Of a stretch of DNA of 64,000 bases, positions 52,552-64,000 are shown one piece after another. The translations under genes were made by a program, and so were the position numbers. The notes under the pieces were generated by a model. It was not told the origin of the DNA and made no database searches. It was given only the letters and a program-made list of their open reading frames with translations. The stretch is from Fistulifera solaris (lineage: Eukaryota), in assembly GCA_030295235.1 (NCBI GenBank), contig AP026167.1:186001-250000 (forward strand), in the 5' to 3' direction. Positions within the stretch are counted from its first letter, which is position 1. Each line of letters opens with the position of its first letter.

Positions 52552-52737
52552 ATGCCCGTCCAATCAGCGTTTACTCTATTAATTATCGGCGGTGCCTTTT
52601 CGGCGACGGGTGGTTTGCTCATGGCGCTCAATTGGCTCGAGACGGGGTCTCGCAAGCGACCCGTGGCGCAAACCCATTGGAGTTATCATTTACAGCAACG
52701 TGATTTGGCATTGAAACAAATGAAAGTGAAAGAATAA
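52552..52737 (+). CDS. NDUFA1: Complex I accessory subunit NDUFA1/MWFE-like (61 aa)
   Basis: MP + N-terminal hydrophobic helix with Gly, then G.RKR, W and QRD, the pattern of fungal/plant MWFE subunits. Confidence 0.65.
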   Translation: MPVQSAFTLLIIGGAFSATGGLLMALNWLETGSRKRPVAQTHWSYHLQQRDLALKQMKVKE

Positions 52738-53354
52738 AAAAAGAAGAAAAAAGTGTGTAACATATGTGCACGAATGTCCATGTTCGGACGGTTCGAACAC
52801 ATGTATTTCTTCAGCAAAAAATAAAAATGGTTACTTTTTAATCGATCAAACATTTTAGAATTGAATTCAATCAAAACTATGGATATATTGATTATTCCAT
52901 TGTGTACAAACTCTTGGCTATGGAAGGAAAAAGTTTATTTCAGTCGTTCCGTTTAGGACCACTGCCATCACGACGTTCGACCTGCAATGCATAGAGCGCC
53001 TGTGGTTGGACCGTATCGAAAGAACCATGGACTAGTCCACGGAAAGAATTGTAGTTGTTGTTGTTGTTGTTGTCCTAGCTTGAGGCTGAAGTATCGCAAA
53101 CGTTGCTTATCTTATTTCGAGAAAACGTAGGATTGCCTACAGTACAGCAAAACGTACAACTGTGGACTGCGGCTGATCGAAACGATTCACGATTAATGCG
53201 TCATGATGCAACTCCATCGCTTCATCGTGATCGATCGAGAAATAATAATGCACTTTTGTACGTTGTGTGGTTCGAGTGTGAAACTCTTTATTCTATCTTT
53301 CGACAGCATTCTCTCTCTTTTTTCTCTCTCTCTTTCAAAAAGACACTCACAACC

Positions 53355-54539
53355 ATGTGGAATCATCTCGATTTGTGCAACTTTCCAAGACGATGTCTTC
53401 TCTACTTTATCTTCGGTTTCTCGTGGGCCATGGCCTTGGCGACACCGCAACGCACCGTCTTGGTTACCGGCGGAGCCGGATACATTGGTTCCCATACCTG
53501 TCTCGAGTTATTACAAGATAAGGATGCACAATATCGCGTAGTAGTGGTCGATAATTTGGAAAATTCCTCGAAAGAATCCTTGCGACGAGTCCAAGAACTC
53601 GTCCAAACCGATCCAAATCGTCTCGTCTTTCGACAGTGTGACATTCGTGACAAGGCTTGTTTGGTGGCCGTGTTCGAGGAATTTCCCCAAATCTCGTCGT
53701 GCATTCATTTTGCCGGTCTCAAGGCGGTTGGCGAATCAGTCGCCAAGCCATTGGCGTATTACGACGCCAATATTGGGGGCACGGTGCATTTGTTGGAACT
53801 TCTTCAGGAACGTCAGGTCCGGAAATTTGTCTTTTCCTCGTCGGCTACCGTCTACGGAGAACCCGAAATGCTACCATTGGTCGAAACCGCCCGCTTACAG
53901 GCCACGAATCCGTACGGACGCACGAAATTGTTCATTGAAGAAATTTTGCGCGATTTGCACGCGGCCGATCCGGACTGGCAAGTCTTGATTTTGCGGTATT
54001 TCAATCCCATTGGTGCCCATCCCTCGGGACGCATCGGGGAAGATCCCCAGGGCATCCCCAACAATCTCATGCCGTACATTGCCCAAGTCTGTGTCGGTCG
54101 TCGGGAGAAATTGACCGTCTTTGGGAATGATTACGACACACCGGATGGCACCGGTGTGCGTGATTACATTCATGTTGTGGATTTGGCCAAGGGCCACGTG
54201 GCGGCTTTGGATAAATTGTATCGTGTCGATGACAATGCGGGTGAACCGGTGGGTTGTCGGGCGGTGAATTTGGGTACGGGTCAAGGTGTTTCGGTATTGC
54301 AATTGGTACAAGGCATGACGGAAGCTACCGGTAAGCCCGTCCCATATGAAGTCGGACCACGTCGTCCAGGAGATGTGGCGACTGTCTATGCGGATGCGAG
54401 TGTCGCCGAGACGTTTTTGGGATGGAAAGCCGAATTGGGAGTCAAGGAAATGTGTCAGGATACGTGGCGATGGCAATCGACGAATCCGAATGGATATCAA
54501 GTGCAAGAGGAAACGATTACGATCGGTGATGAGCTTTAA
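53355..54539 (+). CDS. GALE: UDP-glucose 4-epimerase with N-terminal hydrophobic extension
   Basis: [56 protein letters not shown], and [15 protein letters not shown]. Confidence 0.96.
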   Translation: MWNHLDLCNFPRRCLLYFIFGFSWAMALATPQRTVLVTGGAGYIGSHTCLELLQDKDAQYRVVVVDNLENSSKESLRRVQELVQTDPNRLVFRQCDIRDKACLVAVFEEFPQISSCIHFAGLKAVGESVAKPLAYYDANIGGTVHLLELLQERQVRKFVFSSSATVYGEPEMLPLVETARLQATNPYGRTKLFIEEILRDLHAADPDWQVLILRYFNPIGAHPSGRIGEDPQGIPNNLMPYIAQVCVGRREKLTVFGNDYDTPDGTGVRDYIHVVDLAKGHVAALDKLYRVDDNAGEPVGCRAVNLGTGQGVSVLQLVQGMTEATGKPVPYEVGPRRPGDVATVYADASVAETFLGWKAELGVKEMCQDTWRWQSTNPNGYQVQEETITIGDEL

Positions 54540-54803
54540 AAGTCAAGATGATAGTTACTGCATACTAGTTGTTTCTGTGAAACACAGTATTATTGGATGT
54601 TCATTCACTAGTCGTGGGAAGTTCGGTCACGTGTTAGGAAATGGAGCCGTGTACACGTAGTACGGACAGACCAACAACGTTAAAATCCACGAAAAAAATT
54701 AGAACAATTATTTTCAACGAAAGTATACAAGTTGTTATTCTTTGGTTGTTTTACTATCTCCTTCCTGTTTCTCTTCTGCTAACTTGTAGCAAAAGAAAAG
54801 AAG

Positions 54804-55634
54804 ATGAGATACGGGAGATCAAAAGCGGCTCGAAAAACCTTGCAATTCTTTGAACGCACCCAGGGCATTCGAGCACCTTATCACATTCTGTTGGATGGGA
54901 CCTTTGTTGTAGCTCTCGTGAAATACAACTTGCCTTTGCACGATCGTTTGGACCGGTTGCTGCAACACGCGTCCTATCAATTGCATGTGACACAGTCTTC
55001 GTTGGACGAATTGGAGCGTTTAGCGACCCAAGTAGCCGACAAGAAAGTCTTGTTGGAAGAAGCCCAAGAATGGGCACAAAAGAATTGTGCGAGTATTCTT
55101 CCAAAGCAGGAAGCTATTAGTAATGAAAGTGTTTCTTATTCAAATTCTTTGGAAAAGTTGGGTATAGCTGCCAAAGACATCTGGAATTGGACTGCAGCAG
55201 GCGTATTGTCCAGTTCTACGAAACAGACGACTACAAGCAATAACACCAACCACGCGACACCAGATCGACAACATCAAAAATATTTCGTTGCATCCCAAGA
55301 TGAAGATTTACTGGATGCACTGCGGACTATGGGCGGTGTCCCGATTATTCGTCTTGCTCGAGGATCCGTATTGTTATTGGAACAACCTTCCAAAGCTGCG
55401 ACGGTCCAAGCTCGTGCGACGGAACAAACCAAATGGAAAGGGACGGTATCGGAATCCGAACAGCGGCTGGTGCAAGTCGTCGTGCAGCACGAACGCCACG
55501 AACGACAGCAACAACAACAAGTAGGTCCGAGCGTCCGACGCAAACGCAAAGCCAAAGAACCGAATCCGTTGAGTTGTAAGAAGAAGGGAACGACGACGGA
55601 AGGGCCCAAGAAAAAGCGACGACGAAAAAAGTAG
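54804..55634 (+). CDS. UTP23: rRNA-processing protein Utp23 (PIN-like)
   Basis: MRYGRSK..RKTLQFF, PYHILLDGTF, YFVASQD, GGVPII, and C-terminal KRKAKEPNPLSCKKK. Confidence 0.9.
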   Translation: MRYGRSKAARKTLQFFERTQGIRAPYHILLDGTFVVALVKYNLPLHDRLDRLLQHASYQLHVTQSSLDELERLATQVADKKVLLEEAQEWAQKNCASILPKQEAISNESVSYSNSLEKLGIAAKDIWNWTAAGVLSSSTKQTTTSNNTNHATPDRQHQKYFVASQDEDLLDALRTMGGVPIIRLARGSVLLLEQPSKAATVQARATEQTKWKGTVSESEQRLVQVVVQHERHERQQQQQVGPSVRRKRKAKEPNPLSCKKKGTTTEGPKKKRRRKK

Positions 55635-55724
55635 CCAAACGGTCAATGAGGATGCAGCGGCTTGTTAGATATTGCTTATTATTGCTTTCTTATTATTCGC
55701 TGTTGGACTACATTCGTTCGTTCC

Positions 55725-57220
55725 TTACGGAGACACCGCTTTCGGTGGCTCGGAAGGATTACTGCTACTCGTCGACTGGAACTTGTTCTGGTAGGTGACA
55801 CTGGCCTGAAACCAAGCATTTGGATGGTTCCCCACATTGTCCATGGGCACGTCGGACGAAAAGGCGTTCGGGTGGGTCACTTCGAAATGTTTCAAACAAG
55901 CCAACTGATATTGTTGCATTTTTCTTCTGTTGCAAAATTTCACGTCGGTCTTTTTCATCACCAATGTTCAATTTTTGCAATAATCGATGCAAATTCTGCT
56001 CGTCGTAGTGTTTGAAAGGACATCCGTGGTGTTCGTTCGCCGAACTGGGTGCCACCAAACCACCAATAATCTTGGAACAACCATATCCCAACTGTCCCTC
56101 CTTGCGACCATCTTTTGTGCCTCCCTCTTTTCCATACATGTGACGAATGTTGTACGCGTATTCCTTTTGAAATTTTTCGTTCGTGACTTTTGTGAAATGC
56201 CGTTGAAAGAATAGTAAGGCATCTTCGAGGGACATTTGCGCCCCGCGCAAAAAGAATCCGTACTGCAATCGCGCTTGGTATTTGAGATGATGATCAGCTT
56301 TGAGACCGGCATGAATTTGCCGCATGCACAATGGCATGCTGGACGTGAATTGTTCCACATTGTCGGCCGTCAAGACTTGTCCCGCCGGCAAATGCATCTG
56401 TTGTTCACGGGGTGGCACGAGTGCCCGGTGCATGTTCTTGAGCAAGGGATAAATCCGCGAGGCTTCCGCATCTTGGGCCGCTTGAAAGGATCCCGCATTG
56501 GCCAGTAGGGCCAAGAAGCGAGCCAGATCGGTCCGAAATTTACCTTCGAGAATGGTGAGAACCTTGGATTGCGGAACATAGGCCGATCCGGCCCGCAAGA
56601 AACATTGTCGTGTTGCCAACAACGACAATGCCTGGGTAAAGGGACCGCATAGAATTGTGCTGTTTGATATTCGACGGGTGTCGTGAATTGGAGCAATGAA
56701 TCGCGATATTTTTCCTTTTCGGCGGCGGAAATGGGTTGCAGTTGCGCGTACTTTCGCACGGCGTACGCCAACTGTTGTTCCGATAAGGCCTGCAGACGAT
56801 GACGAAAAAGAGCCGCTTCTTGTTGGAGAAACCAACGACGCAATTCTTCCGTTTGACAGTAGGAAAGACGCAAAATGAAATGCGAAGCTTCATCAATGTC
56901 GTGATCGGTCAAATCTTCTTGCTTGATGACACGATCCAATTTTTGTCGAATGACATCGGGTGTCACTTTCATCATTTTGATTTGTTCTATTTTGCGGAGG
57001 ACCTACGGGGTAGAGTTAGTTAGAGATCAATGTAGAATGTTTCGTTTCCGAGAATGTTTCAATCAATCAATGAAGAACTTACTTTCAAGCGCTTCAAGGC
57101 GTAGACTTCAAATTGATCGAGTGAAAGTTCATAATTGGGTGTCGTATCGTACCAGTTGAGAGATGGCAAATTACTTTCCGCATGTTTCATGCTTTTCGGA
57201 GTTAAACCAATCACGTTCAT
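55725..57220 (-). CDS. PRIM2: DNA primase large subunit; intron 57003-57082; frameshifts near 56640 and 55920
   Basis: FEVYALKRLK|VLRKIE, DEASHFILRLSYC...WFLQQE, MPLCM, HHLKYQARLQYGFFL, EYAYNIRHMYGKEG, HHGCPF, YQLAC and HPNAWF. Confidence 0.95.
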
Positions 57221-57694
57221 GGTTGTGCTAGAACAGTTCAAGAAGAAAAAAAGTAGATGAAAGACACGAAGAGCGTGTTTGTGTGTTTGTTCTGGGCAAT
57301 GCGATGCGTTTATTGGAAACGGGTGTGACTTAGTGACTACTACTACGTAGTATGTTCATTAATATTTCGTTGTTCGACTGTGTGGAGGGAAAAACAGAGC
57401 CCGCGCTCGTTCACGTATCTAAATTCTTCGAATTTCGTCTGCCGGCGTGGAGGACGCGACGGCTGGCGTGCAGCGGGTCGGTCCGCACTGGATGGCGTGT
57501 CTCTCCATTCTCTTTTGTATTATTACTTCGTTAAGGTTAAGCGTTTTTGAACGGTTTCTTGACAACGTCCGTCCGCCACCCCAATCGCTTTTACCTCTTT
57601 ACTAAAATCGACATCGTTTCCAACAACAACATCAACAACAACAACAATCAGAGCGTTGGCATCGTTGTAGCTCCTCTGATTATTTGAATTCACC

Positions 57695-58616
57695 ATGGGT
57701 AAATACGTCCAGGTATGTTGTTGATAATAAATGATATTAGATTGAAAGAAAGAGAAATATGACCGGGACGGAGGAACAAAGGAATCGCACCATTCAATAC
57801 AGTTGCCACAACCAATAATATCACTGATCCATCTCTCTCTCTCTCTCTCTTTCACTTTCAGGCCCAACGTAAGGGTAAGTCGCCCATCTTCAAGGCGCAC
57901 ACGCGTACTAGAAAAGGTGCCGTCAAACTTCGACAATTCGATTACGCCGAAAAGCACGGATACATTCGCGGTGTAGTCAAGGAAATTCTACACGATCCCG
58001 GTCGTGGTGCCCCCGTGGCCAAGGTCCAATTCCGTGATGCTTACCGCTACCAACGCAATACAGAATTATTCATTTGTACCGAAGGCATGTACACGGGACA
58101 GTTCATTTACTGCGGAAAGAAGGCGACGCTCAGTGTGGGAAATGTCCTGCCCTTGAGCCAAGTGCCGGAGGGAACCATTGTGTGCAACGTTGAAACATTG
58201 GCTGGTGACCGCGGTTCGTTTGCTCGTGCCAGTGGATGCTTTGCCGTCGTCGTCACGCACGACGATGAAAAGGGTACTACCAAATTGCGTTTGCCCAGTG
58301 GTGGTAAAAAGACCGTCCCCAGTACGGTCCGGGCCCAAATTGGTATCGTGGCCGGGGAGGTCGTACCGACAAACCTTTGCTCAAAGCCGGTGCCGCGTAC
58401 CACAAGTATGCTGTCAAGCGCAACTGCTGGCCCAAGATTCGTGGTGTGGCCAAAAACCCTGTAGAGCACCCGTTCGGTGGTGGTAACCACCAGCACATTA
58501 GTCGACCTTCGACCGTCGGACGAGAACGTCCGGCTGGTCGTAAGGTGGGTTTGATTGCGGCCCGTCGAACGGGTCGTCTTCGAGGAGTCAAGAAGACAGC
58601 ACAAGATAAGGATTAA
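57695..58616 (+). CDS. RPL8: 60S ribosomal protein L8 (uL2); intron 57713-57861; frameshift near 58355
   Basis: [60 protein letters not shown], and [17 protein letters not shown]. Confidence 0.98.
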
Positions 58617-58844
58617 AAACTGATATATATATTTCACTACCACATGAGTCACAAGCTTATAAAAACAAAGACATGGATTCAATTACTACATTCTCAGTCC
58701 AATCGACAAGAACACTTTGAAATTTAGGTACATTAGTCAGTTGCATAGCAAACGTAGAACACTCTAGATTCGTGGTTTGGTAGTCACAAAAAGGGATGAG
58801 GAGGATCAAACTGGCAGTTCCTCTCTTGCATCTTACATGTTCGC

Positions 58845-59881
58845 TCAGCTATCCTTCGTCGTGATGATTTCCCAAAAATCGCTCTTCCATGGCAAGAAGT
58901 AAGTCCATAATATTATCGTCGATATTGACATCATGACCAGACGCTCGTTGATCAGCTTCTCGAACATGTTCGAAATTGTACAGCATGGAAACTGTGAAAA
59001 GACGATTTTCCGCACTCCACAACAAAAAGGAGTCGCGTACGCATCATGTTTCCGGTAATGCGTCATTACGTATTGATCCTCCAAGACATCGATCGAAATG
59101 GAATGGATGAGACTCGGAGGTTCGGGATATTCCAATTGAATTCCCCCGGACGAGTAGTGCAGTCGTAACTCGGGTGACGATCCGTCGGGAGAATCAATCA
59201 AACTGATCAGTGTAACGTGAAGATCGGAGCGGACTCGGTCTTTGGTCAAATTCGTTACATTCCTTGCATCCAAATGAAACCGCACGTCGGATTCAATCAC
59301 AAAGTTATCATAAAAATCAACGAATCGATCGTCCAACACATCGTCTACTAGAGCTGTACTGGTATTTCGTGGCTCGGCGGGAGCGATTAGCTCACGGATG
59401 GGACTGGTCAAATCGGATAAAGGATTGTAATCTTGCAGAAAACCTTCCCATAGCAACTTTTCTTGACAGGTAAATTGAGCAAAGAACATGTAGTTTTTCC
59501 CATTGCGGAGTCCATTGGCGATGCGCGGAACGCGGGCGTGTAGATTCACGTATGGACAATCCGGATCTCGACACAAAACGTACTCGGATTGGTGCCGTAA
59601 TGCTTGTCGTGTCATTTCCCAGGCATAGGCACTGCATCGTTCGAACCAAATGACTCTTTCACGGCAGTTAAAAGGGATAGAATGGCACTGTTGGATGCAT
59701 ATTGTTGTGACAGAGTCAAAGCTTCATCTCTTGCCATGAATTCTTTGAGTATGATATTTCTGTCGGAATCATCATGAAACTTACGACAAACACGTCGTAA
59801 TCGACAAAGGTCAGCGACAGTAAGAGACTTCAGAATATAATTCGAGAACAAGTCGTCGGGCGTATCGAGCAACGGTGTCAT
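58845..59881 (-). CDS. F-box protein; frameshift near 59613
   Basis: N-terminal LLDTPDDLFSNYILKSLTVADLCRLRRVCRKF matches the F-box consensus; continues into ORF 58845..59615. Confidence 0.7.
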
Positions 59882-60709
59882 TTATTTCGCTTGCTGGCGG
59901 ATAGGGAGAGCGGTATTTTTTCCGCGTTTTTTTCGAGCAGAAGGTTCTTGCTGTTTGCGCTAGGTTGGAGGATTTGTTTACAGAGTGTGAGCAGTGATCA
60001 TTCTCATAATGACATCGATCACACAGAAAGAAAAGAAACTTTACTCCGTATGGTTGTTTTTTTTTTGTCATTTTCGCCTTTCACGTACTAAACCCCGTAC
60101 CGGTACCGGAAATTGAAGGTACAAAAACGTTCACAGACGTTACAATTTGTCGCATCGTGTGTCGAGGTTTGTTTGTTTTTGTTTAGCTACCTGGTACAAC
60201 AAGTACATAACTACGCAACCTCTGTATCTTCCTTCTTTACGAGAATAATGCAAAAAAAAAAAAAAAATAGATCGTCTTGGGTAGATTGAGCAATGTCAGC
60301 AAGCTGCTTTGTATACGTATTCAGCCAATGAACATAAATACAATGAAAAGCTATCCTTTTCACTCGCTATAGAACAAAATGGCACGGCGTGATGCGGTGC
60401 GAAAGTGCCCTTTGATAGGTCTGGAACGTGTCTCGTTTTCTCGAGTAAAAAAAATATCGATGGCTAACTTGACTTATTCTATAGAGACAACTATTCACAA
60501 CCAGTGTATTGATTGTCGATACCATGTCGAGGTCCAGAACTCATCATTGATCATCATCATCATCATCTTTCAAAATCATACCACCCGTATGCATGCGCTG
60601 TCACGAACAAATGGAACTTTGAAGTGCGCCTCTCCCTATAGTCTTCTTGATGATGGTGCCTACTAAGATATTAAATTCGAATGTCTTCTCTCCGCCGTCA
60701 CTCCCTGTT

Positions 60710-61123
60710 TTAGAACCGAACTGCCTCACATTCTTCTTCTTCCAATATCATGTTGGGTATTTCGTTTTGTACGACAAACTCTCGACCCGTCACCGGACAG
60801 GTTAATATTCCTTGTACCAGATGAACGTTCATCAATACATGATACAAGGCCACGAGAAAGACGCGATTTTCGGCCAAATCTTCTGTCAATGTCGGAGGAA
60901 GTGTCGGAATACCCATGGCTTGACTCGCCGCCACGAGAGCCGGCCAATCAATGTTGGGTAAGATGCCTTGAATAAAACGAATCTTGGTATCGTCGTCGTC
61001 GTCGTCGTCGATGCCGTCCTGCTCGTCCACGCGGATTTGGGCGACGGTCACTTTTAACGGAAATCCTTTGCCTTTGGCTGCGGCGGAGTTGTTTTTCAAC
61101 GAGTTGTGTGTCAATAATCGCAT
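60710..61123 (-). CDS. TRM112: Multifunctional methyltransferase subunit Trm112
   Basis: MRLLTHNSL, GFPLKV, IDWPALV, YHVLMNVHLVQGILTCPVTGREFVVQNEIPNM. Confidence 0.93.
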   Translation of the reverse strand: MRLLTHNSLKNNSAAAKGKGFPLKVTVAQIRVDEQDGIDDDDDDDTKIRFIQGILPNIDWPALVAASQAMGIPTLPPTLTEDLAENRVFLVALYHVLMNVHLVQGILTCPVTGREFVVQNEIPNMILEEEECEAVRF

Positions 61124-61185
61124 GTTGTAGTATCCTTTGTTTAAAATAGTACGTGAAAATAAAAAAGCAAACAGAAAGGAGGATC

Positions 61186-61212
61186 GAAATGAAATGAAAT
61201 GAAATGAAATGA
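61186..61212. repeat. (GAAAT)5 pentanucleotide repeat in the TRM112-Obg divergent spacer
   Basis: gaaatgaaatgaaatgaaatgaaatga read directly. Confidence 0.85.
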
Positions 61213-61447
61213 AGTACTCCGAGTAATGAAATGCCAAAACGTCGTCAATTGTCAAAGAAAAAAATCGGTTGGCGCGGAACGACCCGGGAGCGTCTGTCCG
61301 TCCGTCGTTGCAACGGTTACCACCATCGAAACGAAAAAAAAAGTGCGAGCGATGTGCAAAGAAAATGATGTTTTTGTTTTTTCTATCAGTTTGCATTTAT
61401 TGTTCTTTTACATGATGATTGAATATATATATTGTAAAAGAAAATAA

Positions 61448-63360
<1,913 letters not shown>

Positions 63361-63391
63361 AAGAGAGAACGTTGCGACTAGACTATATCTA

Positions 63392-64000
63392 TTACTCTAT
63401 CTTTCTTAGCTTGGCAACGAAAAAACCATCGCACTGGCCAACTTCATCTGTGTTTACACCCGGAATGACTCGAATAAATCCATCTCTATCAATGGCTTTG
63501 TCAAAGCCAGGAATGTCGCCCTCTTGGAACGGAATCACTTCAACTTTTGATCCTGTTTTCCGTTTCAATAATTGTTTCACTTGATTTTCACTTTCGTTTG
63601 GAAGCAAACTGCATGTGGCGTACACGAGGCAGCCGCCCAAATCCAAAAGATTGTCAATGGCGTGGCACGTAATGGCAAATTGTGTTTGAAGAAGATCTTC
63701 GTAGTTCGCGTCACGTCGCAGTACATCGGGTCGTTTACTGGCGGTTCCGGTAGCTGTACACGGAACGTCCGCCAAAATCCCCTGGATTTTTTCATCCGTC
63801 TGCCATTGGGAAGCGTCCGCAATATGAATGTCCCAGTCCATGTTCAGGCGTTCTCTATTTTCTTTCAAACGCTTGGAGCGTCGATTGGAAATTTCGACTG
63901 CCGTGACAGTGCCGAATCCGTAACTTGAAAGTTGAGCCGTTTTCCCACCTGGGGAAGCACACAGATCCACGACATGTTGCTCTCGAACGGACTCCTTTCT
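63392..64000 (-). CDS. RsmB/NOL1/NOP2/Sun m5C RNA methyltransferase, 3' part (start outside the window)
   Basis: DLCASPGGKT, ADVPCTATG, LVYATCS, ENQV, and DGFFVAKL. Confidence 0.92.
   Translation of the reverse strand, partial: RKESVREQHVVDLCASPGGKTAQLSSYGFGTVTAVEISNRRSKRLKENRERLNMDWDIHIADASQWQTDEKIQGILADVPCTATGTASKRPDVLRRDANYEDLLQTQFAITCHAIDNLLDLGGCLVYATCSLLPNESENQVKQLLKRKTGSKVEVIPFQEGDIPGFDKAIDRDGFIRVIPGVNTDEVGQCDGFFVAKLRKIE

Noticed and set aside
57713..57861. Box C/D snoRNA in the RPL8 intron
   Set aside because: The candidate C box ATGATAT deviates from RTGATGA, the CTGA is equally explained as a branch site, and I recognised no terminal stem or rRNA complementarity.
60252..60268. Poly-A tract as a retroposition scar
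   Set aside because: No target-site duplication or adjacent retrocopy is visible; treated as a simple homopolymer.

Overview
Eukaryotic nuclear DNA, almost certainly a pennate diatom. Evidence: short GT-AG introns, compact intergenic spacing, bipartite 'signal peptide + F' plastid presequences, and a repeated LRR-like family that resembles Fistulifera hypothetical proteins (from memory, not verified). Most of the window is gene-dense housekeeping sequence: Sec24, a GaaA-like oxidoreductase, AP-1 gamma, Erv1, PNPOx-like, FSH1, Vps45, two O-fucosyltransferase-family genes, PAXBP1/GCFC-like, CDC48, CTL/SLC44, GPD1, NDUFA1, GalE, UTP23, PRIM2, RPL8, an F-box gene, TRM112, Obg and a partial RsmB/NOP2. 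Many essential genes carry single-base frameshifts, mostly in homopolymer runs, so the assembly probably has indel errors and frameshifts alone cannot prove pseudogenisation. The unusual part is an accessory island at about 13.7-31.7 kb, plus about 0-4.3 kb. It is built from interleaved duplicated modules: two copies of a divergent CDC20/Fizzy-type APC/C activator, four paralogues of an uncharacterised family with candidate PP1-docking motifs (RVxF in all four, SILK in three), four degenerate LRR/RNI-like genes, and an Mx-like dynamin. I found no tRNA, rRNA, CRISPR array or transposase/reverse-transcriptase ORF. All family assignments come from motif recognition by eye; no searches were run.
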